Source of the DNA: Candidatus Hodarchaeota archaeon
GTDB taxonomy: Archaea; Asgardarchaeota; Lokiarchaeia; Sigyniarchaeales; SOKP01
Assembly (NCBI GenBank): GCA_048887225.1
Contig: JBHLJY010000007.1
Coordinates: 62,021 to 126,020, forward strand
DNA length: 64,000 nucleotides
Reading direction: 5' to 3'
Part shown: in pieces, positions 1-11,205 of the stretch
How positions within the stretch are numbered: position 1 is the stretch's first letter
Layout: each line of letters starts with the position of its first letter
The notes under the pieces: generated by a model
What the model saw: the letters and a program-made list of their open reading frames with translations, nothing else
Databases searched by the model: none
Told to the model about the DNA's origin: nothing
Made by a program: the position numbers and the translations under genes

Positions 1-23
1 TGCTATAATTTTATTTTTCAAAA

Positions 24-941
24 CTATTCTCTCGTCGTGACTATAGTTTTGCCGTCCAAATCAATTACAATAGTGTGTTCTTCTTGAGCTACAGGAGCTC
101 CAGTTCTTTCCACTAAAATTGGATAATGATCAAGTATTTTTTTTCTTAGAAATGAATCTATTATTCTATTAATTTTAGTTTTAGGGATGAGATTATGATT
201 TTCGAGGAAACGAGGTGAGAATGGAAGATGTTTACAGTATTTCTCAATATTATTCATAAATCCTTGTTCTTCGTAAGGTATATTTTTCTTAATTTTTTTA
301 ACAAATCGATAAATGTAAGAGCGTTGTCCATTGTCAACTCTTCCTACTCCAGAAGTTGCGAATGGTTCACACGCATAGGCATCGCCAGGCTTTAAAACTT
401 GATTATGAATTTTTTCTTTGTAATTTGGGATAAATGGTCCTGCGTGTAAAATGTATTGCTTTAATTCATGACCCCCTAAATTTACAATTGGTCTTAAACC
501 ATGAGCGATAATTCTATTTGCAATAGCTTCACCCATTTCATATAATTTGATACCCGGCTTAAAAATCTCAATCGCAGCTTCAAGACCTTCTTTTGCTGCA
601 TCGACATAATTTTGAAGTTCAGGGTCATTATCAATATTAATTGTAAAAGCCGAATCCGCTATATACCCATTAAAGTGAGCCCCAATATCGATTTTTAATA
701 AACCATTCTCGGGAACGACCGTATTATCATCTATAGGAGGGCTATAGTGAGCAGCAATTTCATTTAAAGAGATATTTATGGGAAAAGCCAATTCACATCC
801 ATTATTTAATATCTTAGCCTCACATCTATTGGCAATTTCTAAAAATGAGGCACCTGATTTTGCAATTTCACGAGCTAGCTTTTTAGCAGCGATTACAGCT
901 TTTCCAGCTTTTATATAATCTTGGAGATAATCTTCACTCAT
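24..941 (-). CDS. map: Methionine aminopeptidase, type II
   Basis: AFPINIS..AAHYSP, KIDIGAHFNGYIADSA, GGH and EPF motifs of archaeal MetAP2. Confidence 0.95.
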   Translation of the reverse strand: MSEDYLQDYIKAGKAVIAAKKLAREIAKSGASFLEIANRCEAKILNNGCELAFPINISLNEIAAHYSPPIDDNTVVPENGLLKIDIGAHFNGYIADSAFTINIDNDPELQNYVDAAKEGLEAAIEIFKPGIKLYEMGEAIANRIIAHGLRPIVNLGGHELKQYILHAGPFIPNYKEKIHNQVLKPGDAYACEPFATSGVGRVDNGQRSYIYRFVKKIKKNIPYEEQGFMNNIEKYCKHLPFSPRFLENHNLIPKTKINRIIDSFLRKKILDHYPILVERTGAPVAQEEHTIVIDLDGKTIVTTRE

Positions 942-973
942 TTTTGAATAAATATTAAAGTAATTAAAATGGA

Positions 974-2305
974 TTAAGGAGTTAATCTATCTGGAGTTCG
1001 CGGATACATCACGCTTTCTCTGATATCTTCCAATCCACACAAAAATGTGACCCATCTTGCTATACCAAGACCAAAACCAGCGTGAGGTGGCATACCAAAA
1101 TCAAATGTTCGAAGATGCGACTCAAATGAAGCAGAATTTAGCCCCTTTGCTTCAAGCGTCGCAGTTAATTGTGCTTTATTATGAACCCTTGTCCCACCTG
1201 ACGTTAATTCTAACCATCCCATTTGTAGATCGAATGATTCACTATATTTTGGGTCTTTTGATGGCATAATGTAAAATGGTTTAATTGACATGGGCCAATG
1301 AGTGATGTAATAATATCCTGTTAATTCTTCTCCTAATTTTCGATAAGCTTCTGTCGAAATATCCTCACCCCATTCAATTTCTATTCTAAATTTAGTATTT
1401 ATTAATTCCAAAATCTCGTCGTAAGTATATCGAGGGAAAGGAATTTCTGGTACTGTTGTCTTGTTTTCCATTTTTAAAAACTTTAACGCATCCATTTTAT
1501 TCTTTCTAATATCTTTGATAACATTATGAATTAATTCTTCTAAAATCTTGAGGATATCACTCATATCTGCAAAGGCCATTTCGATATCTAGGACAAAAAT
1601 CTCACATAAATGCCTTTTTGTACGACTCTTCTCAGCTCTGAAACATGGGCTAATTTCAAAAACACGTTCATATACACCACTTAATTGTTCTTTATATAAT
1701 TGGGCTGACTGTGTTAAAAAGGCTTCTCTCTCAAAATACATAATCGGAAATAATTCAGTCCCTCCTTCTGTTGCTGATCCGATAATTTTCGGTGTTGTCA
1801 TTTCTGTAAAATCGTTTGCAAATAGAAATTTTCGAATAGCTCTTAGTAATTCTCCTCTTATTTCAAAAATTGCCTGATTTCTTAGAGATCTCAAATCTAA
1901 AGCTCTATTATTTAGTCTAAGATCCAATTCTGAAAGAGTCTCTCCAGTCATATCTATTGGTAGCTTTTCTGGAGTTTTATTAAGAATTTTTATCTCAATG
2001 GGAATAATTTCAATACGACCAGGAGCTTTATCAAAAGCTTTTACTTTTCCTTTTACCATAATACAATATTGATACCCTAATTTAGCTTTTTCAAAAACTT
2101 CGTTGGAAACGATACCTTTTTTTAAGGTTATTTGTCGCTCGCCATATTTGTCTTGAAGGTTTATAAACTTTAAACCTCCAAGATCTCTATAATTGCGAAC
2201 CCAGCCGCCAAGTATCACTTCTTGATCAACTAATTCAGGAGTAACATCTTTTGTATAATGTGTTTTTCTCCATTCACCAATTTCATCTAGCATATTTTGT
2301 GGCAA
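974..2305 (-). CDS. aspS: Aspartyl-tRNA synthetase (archaeal type, probably non-discriminating)
   Basis: OB-fold GWV..RDLGG, motif 2 FRAEKS, motif 3 GMPPHAGFGLG, C-terminal YPR..RLTP; TTG start. Confidence 0.95.
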   Translation of the reverse strand: MPQNMLDEIGEWRKTHYTKDVTPELVDQEVILGGWVRNYRDLGGLKFINLQDKYGERQITLKKGIVSNEVFEKAKLGYQYCIMVKGKVKAFDKAPGRIEIIPIEIKILNKTPEKLPIDMTGETLSELDLRLNNRALDLRSLRNQAIFEIRGELLRAIRKFLFANDFTEMTTPKIIGSATEGGTELFPIMYFEREAFLTQSAQLYKEQLSGVYERVFEISPCFRAEKSRTKRHLCEIFVLDIEMAFADMSDILKILEELIHNVIKDIRKNKMDALKFLKMENKTTVPEIPFPRYTYDEILELINTKFRIEIEWGEDISTEAYRKLGEELTGYYYITHWPMSIKPFYIMPSKDPKYSESFDLQMGWLELTSGGTRVHNKAQLTATLEAKGLNSASFESHLRTFDFGMPPHAGFGLGIARWVTFLCGLEDIRESVMYPRTPDRLTP

Positions 2306-2380
2306 ACAATAATTTTTTTTAAAAATTAAAATTTGAAATGTAGAATAACAATAAAATTTTTTGTCTTCTTATTCTAAATT

Positions 2381-3892
2381 ATGGTAAATTTAAATTGGAA
2401 AGGGAAACCTGAAAATAAAAGAATTTCGTCAGAAAATCAAAAAGAGTTTCCTTTTCAAATTATAGAAATTCATCACCTCATTCAACAACAGATAGTAAAT
2501 AGAAAATTTAATAAAAGTTGGGAAAATCTCTTGATCTGGGGTGATAATCTTCCTATTATGTCGCATTTATTAAAAGATTTTAAAGGAAAAATAAATCTCA
2601 TTTATATTGATCCCCCTTTTTATACAGGAGGGGATTTTAATTATAAAATTCAAATAGGAGAGAAAGAGATTTCTAAAAAATCGAAACATTGGATAAGAAT
2701 AAAAGCGTATAGTGATTGTTGGAAAAACGGCCTCGAGTCTTATCTTAATTTCATTTACGAAAGATTACTTTTAATGAAAGAATTATTAGCACATAATGGT
2801 TCAATTTACATTCATTTAGACTGGCACGTATCTCATTACGTTAAAATTATGCTTGATGAGATATTTGGAATTGAAAATTTTAGAAATGAAATCATTTGGG
2901 CGTATCCTGCAGCATCTGTACAAACAAGAAGATTTTTTATGCGATCATTTGATATCTTACTATTTTATTCAAAATCAGATGATTATATTTTCAACGACGA
3001 TCCAAATATCTATATGGAGTATTCTGATCGCGTTAAAATGGCATTAAAAGAAGATAATAAAGGGATTTATTATTATCGTGGTGGTAGTCACAATGGCAAA
3101 AAATTATCACGAAAAGTATACATTAAAAATCAAGGAATTTTTCCAAGAGATGTATGGAATGATATTCCTTATGTGAGAGCCAATACTTTAGAATATCAAG
3201 GTTTTTCAACTCAAAAACCAGAACGCCTTTTAAAACGGATTATTTTAGCATCTACTAATGAGAATAATTTAGTAGCAGATTTTTTTTGTGGATCTGGAAC
3301 GACTTTAACTGTTGCGGAGAAGCTAGGAAGGCGATGGATCGGCTCTGATTTAAGTCAACAAGCAATTCATATGACCAGAAAAAGACTGCTCGATATCCAT
3401 AATAGCAACGATATTTATAAATGGAACGAGAACTTTAATAAAAAGCCTCAATATTTTAAAATTTTAAAGTTAATAGAAATTGTTGATGAGCCAATTATTC
3501 CAATTGATTTTTTAACAGAAAACGCCAAAGAAATAGATTTTTTAAAAATGGCGGGAAATATCACATTTAATATTAAAATTAAAAAAAAAGAAAAAAAGAT
3601 ATTAATAGTATTATGTAATTACACTATTCCTTTTATAAATTTCATCTCTGAAAATGTTAAACAATTTATATCATCATTCTCAGATTGGATCGATTATTGG
3701 TCAATAGATTTTAATTTTCAAGATAATAGTTTTAATAATATGTGGGCCTCTTATAGAACTCCAAAAAAAAGAAGACTGTCTCTTATCGCGTCATTTAATT
3801 ATAAAAAACCTGGAGATTATCAAATATTAGTAAAAGTTATTGACATTTTTGGAATAGAAACAATTCAAAGTTATACTGTAAAAATTATTTAA
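2381..3892 (+). CDS. Site-specific amino-DNA methyltransferase, beta class (Mod-like), no cognate nuclease nearby
   Basis: Catalytic IYIDPPF precedes TQKPERLL and SAM-binding DFFCGSGTT. Confidence 0.9.
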   Translation: MVNLNWKGKPENKRISSENQKEFPFQIIEIHHLIQQQIVNRKFNKSWENLLIWGDNLPIMSHLLKDFKGKINLIYIDPPFYTGGDFNYKIQIGEKEISKKSKHWIRIKAYSDCWKNGLESYLNFIYERLLLMKELLAHNGSIYIHLDWHVSHYVKIMLDEIFGIENFRNEIIWAYPAASVQTRRFFMRSFDILLFYSKSDDYIFNDDPNIYMEYSDRVKMALKEDNKGIYYYRGGSHNGKKLSRKVYIKNQGIFPRDVWNDIPYVRANTLEYQGFSTQKPERLLKRIILASTNENNLVADFFCGSGTTLTVAEKLGRRWIGSDLSQQAIHMTRKRLLDIHNSNDIYKWNENFNKKPQYFKILKLIEIVDEPIIPIDFLTENAKEIDFLKMAGNITFNIKIKKKEKKILIVLCNYTIPFINFISENVKQFISSFSDWIDYWSIDFNFQDNSFNNMWASYRTPKKRRLSLIASFNYKKPGDYQILVKVIDIFGIETIQSYTVKII

Positions 3893-3896
3893 TTAT

Positions 3897-5255
3897 TTAT
3901 TTCATTAATTCTCTAAGAAGCATTGTAGCATAGGATCCTTTTGGGAGTGAAAATTCAATTTTTATTTTTTTTTTACCTGGAAAAAGATCATCATCGTTTA
4001 GTTCAACGATATTTAATCCAGTAGGTTTGGCAATCATAGCTCTAAATGAACCTTTAAATCCAAACTCATATAATAAATCGCTTTTGTAAATGTTCTTATC
4101 AATATGTTCTTCTTTAATGATTACTTCAAAAAGATTTTTCATAAGGAGAAAGTGATCTAAATTAGTGTTATATCCTACAATAGGAACAACTATCGTAGCC
4201 CTATTGACTTTTATTGCTTCGTCCAAATATTCATCATAAAGCCCCCCAAGCCTACCATATATATATTTTATTTGAGTAACATTTCCATTATCATCATCTA
4301 AAATACTAATAGTATCTCCTTTAACCGGTTTTAAGGGTATTCCCATTTTGACTCGTAGAGAAATCATTTTATTAAAAATGTAAGATTGAAACGAGCTAAT
4401 TAATAAATTTTTTAAGTCTGGAGGGATTGCATTAAAGCAACCTTTATAATCTCCAGGAAAGTCTATTAAATGTTTAATCATAGACCTTTCATAAGAGAGG
4501 CTTTTTGGAAAGGTTTCATAAATCTTTTCAAGGTCAATATTATTCTTTACATTACTACGAATAGACTGCAATTGAGGACTTTCGGAAGAGTATTTCACTG
4601 AAACAAACTCATCGAACGCTTTTTCAAAATTTCCTTCTAACAAATACCTTCCTATTTTATGAGAATTAGGTCTATACTTTCCGAATCTTTGAAGTCCAAA
4701 ATAATTTGGGAATCCTTGCTTTTCTAAAAGTTCAATTAAATAATCAATATTTTTCTCTAAATTCTCTTTATTATCAATATTTCTTATTACTATTGTAAAA
4801 TTATTACCCCAATTAACTCCTAATTTTACTGGCTTTTTGGTTGGTTCAATACATCTAAAAAACAAATCCCTTATCTTTAATCTTTTTAATTGTTCAATAA
4901 AATTTCCTCTAATAGAAAGCTTTTGAACGCTAATTGAACATTTATCTTTTAATCCAGAATAATATACAAAATTCGGTGAGATCTTTAAAGCTTGACTAAT
5001 TTCATTTATAGCTTCAAAAGTGTCTTTATTAATCTTAATCAAATTAAATGTGGTATATTTATCTTTTGAATCTTCTAAAAAAGGTGTATAGGTGAAATCG
5101 TCTTTAATTTCGAGGATTTTCCCTTTAGTGGTTATTTCTTTTACTATAAAATCTTTATAAGTGTTTTTGTATACGCCACCAATGCCACCTATTTCTGCTG
5201 TGCTGTATATCTCAATTCCTACAAATTTTTCAACATCCGTGTTGTTATTCTTTAT
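3897..5255 (-). CDS. truD: tRNA pseudouridine(13) synthase TruD/Pus7; extends about 70 codons upstream of the ORF-track start
   Basis: [22 protein letters not shown] and [10 protein letters not shown] motifs; frame stays open upstream through [12 protein letters not shown] to ATA/ATT codons at 5253-5261. Confidence 0.92.
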   Translation of the reverse strand: MKNNNTDVEKFVGIEIYSTAEIGGIGGVYKNTYKDFIVKEITTKGKILEIKDDFTYTPFLEDSKDKYTTFNLIKINKDTFEAINEISQALKISPNFVYYSGLKDKCSISVQKLSIRGNFIEQLKRLKIRDLFFRCIEPTKKPVKLGVNWGNNFTIVIRNIDNKENLEKNIDYLIELLEKQGFPNYFGLQRFGKYRPNSHKIGRYLLEGNFEKAFDEFVSVKYSSESPQLQSIRSNVKNNIDLEKIYETFPKSLSYERSMIKHLIDFPGDYKGCFNAIPPDLKNLLISSFQSYIFNKMISLRVKMGIPLKPVKGDTISILDDDNGNVTQIKYIYGRLGGLYDEYLDEAIKVNRATIVVPIVGYNTNLDHFLLMKNLFEVIIKEEHIDKNIYKSDLLYEFGFKGSFRAMIAKPTGLNIVELNDDDLFPGKKKIKIEFSLPKGSYATMLLRELMK

Positions 5256-5608
5256 AATAATTGCAAATCTCCCGTTATTTTATCAATTTCAGTTGATAAA
5301 GCAGGACCTATCCCCAAAGCAGTCATAGTACCAGGATCTAATTGAGTTAAACCTGCATCCTTAACAAGAAAACATGGAATTCTATTTTTAAGTACCTTCT
5401 TATATATTTCATTAATTTCTTCCATACTACTAACCTTTAATATAACTTTTTTTTGTCCTGAATTTTTCCATTTTTTCCATTCTTTTTTAGTTTTTACTCT
5501 TGCTAAATCGGAGGCAGAAACACTAGCATGACATGCTTGAGCACATTTCTTCCCAGCACTCATCTTTAAATCTATTCTAATTAAAATAACTTGTTTAAAT
5601 TTATACAT
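5252..5608 (-). CDS. pth2: Peptidyl-tRNA hydrolase Pth2
   Basis: [44 protein letters not shown]. Confidence 0.95.
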   Translation of the reverse strand: MYKFKQVILIRIDLKMSAGKKCAQACHASVSASDLARVKTKKEWKKWKNSGQKKVILKVSSMEEINEIYKKVLKNRIPCFLVKDAGLTQLDPGTMTALGIGPALSTEIDKITGDLQLL

Positions 5609-5649
5609 AGACGAATACCAAGGTTATTCTTAGGAAATTATTTTATCGA

Positions 5650-6165
5650 TTATAAGTATTCAATCCTTGTAGTATTTCCAGTCAATTCATAAATTAATTC
5701 TTCAAGCTCGTTACTGGTGAATAGTATATTATTTTTGTCCGATTTACGAATTACAGCTTTGAATTCTATATCCCCAGTAGCAAGGAAAATTTCATTTAAA
5801 GAAACTAGTTTGCTTGGAGCAATTAAACTTTCAACCACGGGTCTAGGTTTGTTAGTCTTCTCGATTAAAATTATCTTGTCGATCTTATATGATTCTCTTA
5901 TCCATTCCATTAATTCTTTAGTAAATTTTAATTTATCTTTATATCCGACTTCAAGGATGACGACATCCTCATAATCTATTGCCTTATAAAAAGATACCTC
6001 TTTTAAGAAGCCAAATTGTTCGTGATCATTTTCCTCCAGCTCAACCAAATCTTTTGCTAAATCTAATTCGAATTCTGTCAATTTTCCTGTATCTAATCTT
6101 TTTTGACAGCTATTACATAAAAATCCTGAATTAACGCAAGTAAGACAGGCTGGAAGAACTTTCAT
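5650..6165 (-). CDS. NusA-like KH-domain protein with N-terminal Zn-binding motif
   Basis: CxxC...LCxxC N-terminus, about 170 aa, housekeeping context beside rpl38e and pth2. Confidence 0.6.
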   Translation of the reverse strand: MKVLPACLTCVNSGFLCNSCQKRLDTGKLTEFELDLAKDLVELEENDHEQFGFLKEVSFYKAIDYEDVVILEVGYKDKLKFTKELMEWIRESYKIDKIILIEKTNKPRPVVESLIAPSKLVSLNEIFLATGDIEFKAVIRKSDKNNILFTSNELEELIYELTGNTTRIEYL

Positions 6166-6190
6166 TACCTAATTGAATACTTATTTTTTT

Positions 6191-6385
6191 TTATAATTCA
6201 ATTATATCGCAACTAATTTGCTTAATTAGTCGTTCAGCTGAGCTTGGGTCAGTTTTGAATGTATAAAGTATTTTTTTTGTGCGAAGTTTCAATTTAACTA
6301 CATCTTTTATTCGTTTTACCCGACAGTGGAAAGCGTTCTCAGCTAACTCAAGGAATTTTTCTTCGTCAAATATTTCTCTTGGCAA
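6191..6385 (-). CDS. rpl38e: Ribosomal protein eL38
   Basis: MPREI...FLELA...RVKR..VKLKLRT..LYT signature; TTG start. Confidence 0.85.
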   Translation of the reverse strand: MPREIFDEEKFLELAENAFHCRVKRIKDVVKLKLRTKKILYTFKTDPSSAERLIKQISCDIIEL

Positions 6386-6589
6386 ACCTAATTACACTAT
6401 AACAAAATCAATTATTTATTAAATCAATTATTTATTTTCTATACTTAATAAAATTTTAATTTTTTTATTACATAAAACAACCATCTAGCCATAAAACTTA
6501 TTTGAAATCTCTTTTTTTACAAATCATTCATATTTATTTATTATCAAGACAATTTTAGTGGAAAAAAAAGAAATATAAATTGATTTAAT

Positions 6590-6754
6590 ATGAGCCCGCT
6601 TGACGATCCAGTGAAGAGAAAAATAGCACAATACCATCTTTTATTAAAGAGTGTCTGCCGCAGATGCGGTGCTCTTAACCCACCAAGAGCTACTAAATGC
6701 CGACGTTGTCACGGTAAAGATTTACGTGAGAAAAAAAAAGATTTGCAAAAGTAA
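6590..6754 (+). CDS. rpl40e: Ribosomal protein eL40 (absent from the ORF track)
   Basis: Manual translation [54 protein letters not shown] (54 aa) with [16 protein letters not shown] motif. Confidence 0.93.
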   Translation: MSPLDDPVKRKIAQYHLLLKSVCRRCGALNPPRATKCRRCHGKDLREKKKDLQK

Positions 6755-6859
6755 CTCTTAATTTTCGTTTTAAAGATAAAATTTTCGTAAACTTTTTTAA
6801 TTTTATGACTTAGAGATCTATATAAAGAACTTAAATTATAAAAATAGAGTGAAATAAGT

Positions 6860-8548
6860 ATGGCACAATTAGGCGGACAACCTATATTATTATTGAAGGA
6901 AGGCACTGAAAGAACTCGTGGGAAGGATGCTATGACGAATAATATCGCAGCAGCAAAAGCTATAGCAGAGGCAGTAAGAACATCATTAGGGCCTAAAGGT
7001 ATGGATAAAATGTTGGTAGATCAATTTGGTGATGTCGTAATCACTAATGATGGAGCTACAATCTTAAAAGAGATTGATGTACAACATCCAGCGGCTAAAA
7101 TGATGGTAGAGGTGGCAAAAACTCAAGATAGTGAAGTCGGAGATGGGACAACAACCTCTGTAGTTCTGGCAGGGGAATTATTAAAGAGAGCAGAAAAGCT
7201 CATTTTGCAAAAAATCCATCCAACCGTAATAACAGAAGGATTTCGAAAAGCTGCTGAAAAATCTATTGAGATTCTTGATAAAATGTCAATAAAAAGCGGT
7301 ATAGACGACGAAACGCAACTTAAAAACGCTGCAATGACCTGTATGTCTAGCAAAATTGTATCCGAATCAAGGGAACAATTAGCAGCAATTTGTATGGAAG
7401 CGATTAAATCAATTGCTGAAAAGGATGATAACGGAAATTGGGTAGCGGATATTGATAAGGTTCAAATTCAGAAAAAAGAAGGCGAGTCAATGGATGACAC
7501 ACGCCTCATTAAAGGTATCATTTTGGATAAAGAAGTAGTAAGCCCAAGCATGCCTAAATCTGTAAAAGATGCTAAAATCCTTTTACTACAAAGTGCTATT
7601 GAGATTGAGAAGACGGAATTTGATAGTAAGCTTCAAATAACCTCTCCAGAACAAATTCAGCAATTCTTAGACGAAGAGGAAAAAATGCTTCGAACTATGG
7701 TTGAAAAAATTATTAATTCTGGTGCGAATGTTGTTATTTGTCAGAAAGGAATAGATGATATGGCACAACATTTTCTATCTAAAGCTGGAATTATGGCAGT
7801 AAGACGGGTAAAAAAATCTGACCTTGAGAAACTGTCAAAAGCAACTGGTGGAATGATTTTTACGAATTTTGATGATGCAACAGGAGATAAACTTGGATGG
7901 GCAGGATTGGTGGAAGAACGAAAAATTATGAAAGATAGTTGGATTTTTATTGAAGAATGTAAGGATCCTAAATCCGTAGTAATTTTAATCAGAGGAGGTA
8001 CCGAACTTATAGTAGACGAAGTTGATAGGGCTATTCACGATGCATTATGCGTAATTCGGGATGTCGTAGAAGATCAAAAAATTGTAGGCGGGGGAGGTGC
8101 TCCAGAACTAGAAACAGCAATTCAATTAAGAAAATTTGCATCAACTTTAGGTGGGCGGGAACAATTGGCTGTTGAAGTATTTGCTGATAGTCTTGACATT
8201 GTACCAAAAACCTTAGCTGAAAACGCAGGGCTAGATCAAATCGAAATACTAATGAAATTGAGAGCAACTCATCAGCAAGGAAATAAATTTGCTGGTCACG
8301 ATTTAGATACTGGTGAAATCATTAAAGACATGATGGAAGTTGGAGTTGTTGAGCCTACAGCTGTTAAAGTACAAGCAATTAAAAGCTCAGTTGAGGCTGC
8401 ATCAATGATATTAAGTATTGATGATGTAATCGCAGGAGCCAAGAGTGCAATGCCCCCAATGCCTCCAGGAGGAGGAATGCCTCCAGGCATGGGAGGTATG
8501 GGAGGTATGCCTCCAGGTATGGGTGGGATGCCTCCAGACATGATGTAA
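6860..8548 (+). CDS. ths: Thermosome (group II chaperonin) subunit with GGM/Pro-rich tail
   Basis: [30 protein letters not shown] motifs. Confidence 0.97.
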   Translation: MAQLGGQPILLLKEGTERTRGKDAMTNNIAAAKAIAEAVRTSLGPKGMDKMLVDQFGDVVITNDGATILKEIDVQHPAAKMMVEVAKTQDSEVGDGTTTSVVLAGELLKRAEKLILQKIHPTVITEGFRKAAEKSIEILDKMSIKSGIDDETQLKNAAMTCMSSKIVSESREQLAAICMEAIKSIAEKDDNGNWVADIDKVQIQKKEGESMDDTRLIKGIILDKEVVSPSMPKSVKDAKILLLQSAIEIEKTEFDSKLQITSPEQIQQFLDEEEKMLRTMVEKIINSGANVVICQKGIDDMAQHFLSKAGIMAVRRVKKSDLEKLSKATGGMIFTNFDDATGDKLGWAGLVEERKIMKDSWIFIEECKDPKSVVILIRGGTELIVDEVDRAIHDALCVIRDVVEDQKIVGGGGAPELETAIQLRKFASTLGGREQLAVEVFADSLDIVPKTLAENAGLDQIEILMKLRATHQQGNKFAGHDLDTGEIIKDMMEVGVVEPTAVKVQAIKSSVEAASMILSIDDVIAGAKSAMPPMPPGGGMPPGMGGMGGMPPGMGGMPPDMM

Positions 8549-8550
8549 GA

Positions 8551-8590
8551 ATTTTTATTTTTTTTTCTATTATTTTTATTTCTTTATTGA
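8551..8590 (+). terminator. Oligo-T archaeal terminator after the thermosome gene
   Basis: Long T tracts directly after the stop codon. Confidence 0.5.
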
Positions 8591-8705
8591 TACTACATTG
8601 GCTACTTTAAAATTTATTTTTCCTTTCTAATAGATTTGTTTTCAATTTCTTTTTCTTTTTCATTATAAATTAAACTTTTAATTGGATTGTATCATTGTGA
8701 GTATT

Positions 8706-9509
8706 ATGAAATTTATTGATTTATCTATACCTATTATAAATCCAGATGAGATGATTTTTGATCCTCCAGCAACTCAACCTCACATCGATTATAGCGATCA
8801 CGATATGGGAGCAGAGCAAATGATGGGTTTATTTATGAAAATTAACCCAAAAGAACATTTACCTAATGGAAAAGGATGGGCTACAGAATTAATTCAACTA
8901 AGTACTCACAGTGGTACACACATGGATGCACCTTGGCATTTTTCATCTATTCAAGATAAGGAAATTGGACAAAAGGTGGCGAAGACCATTGATGAGTTCC
9001 CTTTGGAATGGGGTATTGGACCTCTTATAGTAATAGATTGCACTGATTATGAAGATGGATATGTATTGAAACCAGTAGATATTGATAAAAAATTAGATAA
9101 TATTAATCATAAATTAAAAGAGGGAGATATTATGTGTGTCCATACTAATGCTTCAAAATATGCTGGCACCAAGGAATATACGAGCCGAGGGGCTGGGATT
9201 GGAAGAGAAGCAACGCTTCATATAATTAGACAAGGTGTTCATGTCGTAGGAACTGATGCCTGGAGCTGGGATGCCCCTTTTATGTATACTTCAAATAAAT
9301 GGAAGAAAATGGTAAGAGCTAAAGCACCAGATCCCTCTATCATCTGGGAAGGACATTTTGCTGGTATAGAGCTTGGTTATTTTCAGATGGAAAAAATGGT
9401 AAATTTAGATAAAGTACCACCCGTTGGGGCAACAATTTATTGCTTTCCAATAAAGATTGCTCGAGCGAGTGCTGGTTGGGTTCGAGCAGTAGCAACTGTT
9501 CTAGACTAA
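8706..9509 (+). CDS. Cyclase / kynurenine formamidase-like metal-dependent hydrolase
   Basis: HSGTHMDAPWH, GTDAWSWD, MEKM.NL, FPIKI..ASAG.VRA. Confidence 0.88.
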   Translation: MKFIDLSIPIINPDEMIFDPPATQPHIDYSDHDMGAEQMMGLFMKINPKEHLPNGKGWATELIQLSTHSGTHMDAPWHFSSIQDKEIGQKVAKTIDEFPLEWGIGPLIVIDCTDYEDGYVLKPVDIDKKLDNINHKLKEGDIMCVHTNASKYAGTKEYTSRGAGIGREATLHIIRQGVHVVGTDAWSWDAPFMYTSNKWKKMVRAKAPDPSIIWEGHFAGIELGYFQMEKMVNLDKVPPVGATIYCFPIKIARASAGWVRAVATVLD

Positions 9510-9579
9510 TCTTTGTAAAATAATTGAGCTTAAGAATTAATATTTATTTAAAACATATGTACTTTAATATATTGGATTC

Positions 9580-10683
9580 TTGATTATGACGAACAATAAA
9601 AAAATTGGTATAATTGTTGATAACGATTTTGCTTCCATGAATAATCCTCCTTATCCTCATCCTATGTTTGTTTCCTATGAGAATCCTAATCGAATTAAAT
9701 TTATAATTAATTATTTCGATAAAATACATCTTTTTGAAGATGAAAGAATAATTAAACTGTCTCCTATGTTAATAAACGAAGAGATTATTGAATTAGGTCA
9801 TTCAAGATATTATATTGATTCTATTAAGCGACTTTCAAATTACGGAGGCGGACTGTTAGGGGATGAAATCTTCATTACAAATGATACGTTTTATTTAGCG
9901 AAAAAAGCTATCGGTGGAGCTATAAGTGCCGTTGAAAATGTAATTAAGCAAGAAGTAAATCAATCATTTGCTCTTATTAGACCTCCTGGGCACCATGCTT
10001 TACGAGAAATGAGTTCTGGACTTAGTATTTTTAATAATATTGCGAGTACAGTTCTTTACTTGAGAAAGATTTTAAAATATGAGAAAAAAATTGCTATAAT
10101 AGATATAGACGATCACTTTGGAGATGGAATTGTTCAATATTTTTATAATGATCCGAGTGTACTCTATTTTTCTGTCCATGAGTTTGATTTTGTAGAGGGA
10201 GAATTAGGATTTCCTGATGAATTAGGCAAAGGTGAAGGACTTGGTAAAAGTATCAATTTTCCGATTCCAGTCGGTCTAAGTGATGGAGAATTCTTGGAAT
10301 TTATGGACATTCTTGAACCTATTTTAAAAGAATATCAACCAGACCTTATCCTAATCGCTGCTGGATTTGATATGTATTTCGCTGATCCAGTTGGAAATTG
10401 CAATTTAACTAGCATATCTTATTTCAGATTCGCCGAAAAAATTTTAAAAATAGCAGAAAAAGTCTGTAAAGGCAAATTATCGTTCATATTAGAAGGAGGA
10501 TATGATTTAATAGGGTTGCCTTACTGCGTTCACTCTGTTATAAAAGCTCTATTAAATGAAAAATATGAACGCCCATTATTTGAAAATTTGGATTTCCAAT
10601 ATGAAACTAAAATGGATGAATTAATTAAAATTAAAAATTCCTTAAAGGAATTATTGAAAAATTATTGGAATTCAATAGAATAA
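9580..10683 (+). CDS. Histone deacetylase family (class II-like) deacetylase
   Basis: RPPGHHA, FNNIA, DIDDHFGDG, AAGFD..DP, LEGGY. Confidence 0.92.
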   Translation: MIMTNNKKIGIIVDNDFASMNNPPYPHPMFVSYENPNRIKFIINYFDKIHLFEDERIIKLSPMLINEEIIELGHSRYYIDSIKRLSNYGGGLLGDEIFITNDTFYLAKKAIGGAISAVENVIKQEVNQSFALIRPPGHHALREMSSGLSIFNNIASTVLYLRKILKYEKKIAIIDIDDHFGDGIVQYFYNDPSVLYFSVHEFDFVEGELGFPDELGKGEGLGKSINFPIPVGLSDGEFLEFMDILEPILKEYQPDLILIAAGFDMYFADPVGNCNLTSISYFRFAEKILKIAEKVCKGKLSFILEGGYDLIGLPYCVHSVIKALLNEKYERPLFENLDFQYETKMDELIKIKNSLKELLKNYWNSIE

Positions 10684-10703
10684 TAAAAAAAATTTTTAAT
10701 TTT

Positions 10704-11105
10704 TTATAAAAGGCTAGTTAATTTTAATGCGTAAGATTGTACAGCAAATAATGCATCTCTTGGTCCTACTTGAGGATTTATATAACAGATTAAGGCGCCA
10801 TTACCTCCGATAGGAACAGGAGCAATAATAATATGTCCCTGACCGGTAATATTTGTCCCAATTTTTCTCTCTTCCGTGTTTTCCACGACCATGTATTTAA
10901 TTCCTTGTATTGTTATACTTGTAATGCCTTTTTGACCTAGATCGGGATTATTTTGGATTAATTCATTAATAGGACCTAAATCATTTGAAATATCCCAATT
11001 TTCGGTCTGTGTAACGAGTGAACCATCCAGACCGATTATAGCAACGCCATGAACATTTTGTTCCTCATCTAACAGATCGTTAATTAAACTCTCTATTGTT
11101 GACAT
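10704..11105 (-). CDS. Asgard (Loki-type) profilin
   Basis: HGVAIIG.DG..TQTENW, GITSITIQGIKYM.VENTEERKIGTNITG.GH, GPRD match the characterised Loki profilins as I recall them. Confidence 0.9.
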   Translation of the reverse strand: MSTIESLINDLLDEEQNVHGVAIIGLDGSLVTQTENWDISNDLGPINELIQNNPDLGQKGITSITIQGIKYMVVENTEERKIGTNITGQGHIIIAPVPIGGNGALICYINPQVGPRDALFAVQSYALKLTSLL

Positions 11106-11205
11106 TTTTTACAAAACATTTTATTATAATCTTATTATATGTAATACAACTAAAATTTATATTTAAATACTTTTCATATAAAGTGGTGACAAAATTATTT
11201 TTAGA

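Noticed and set aside
6709-6906. Minus-strand 65-aa ORF in the track
   Set aside because: Overlaps the real rpl40e end and thermosome start; no coding signature
8449-8545. Pro/Gly/Met repeat at the thermosome C-terminus, and antisense ORF 8296-8541
   Set aside because: GGM-type tails are ordinary in chaperonins; the antisense ORF is its mirror image
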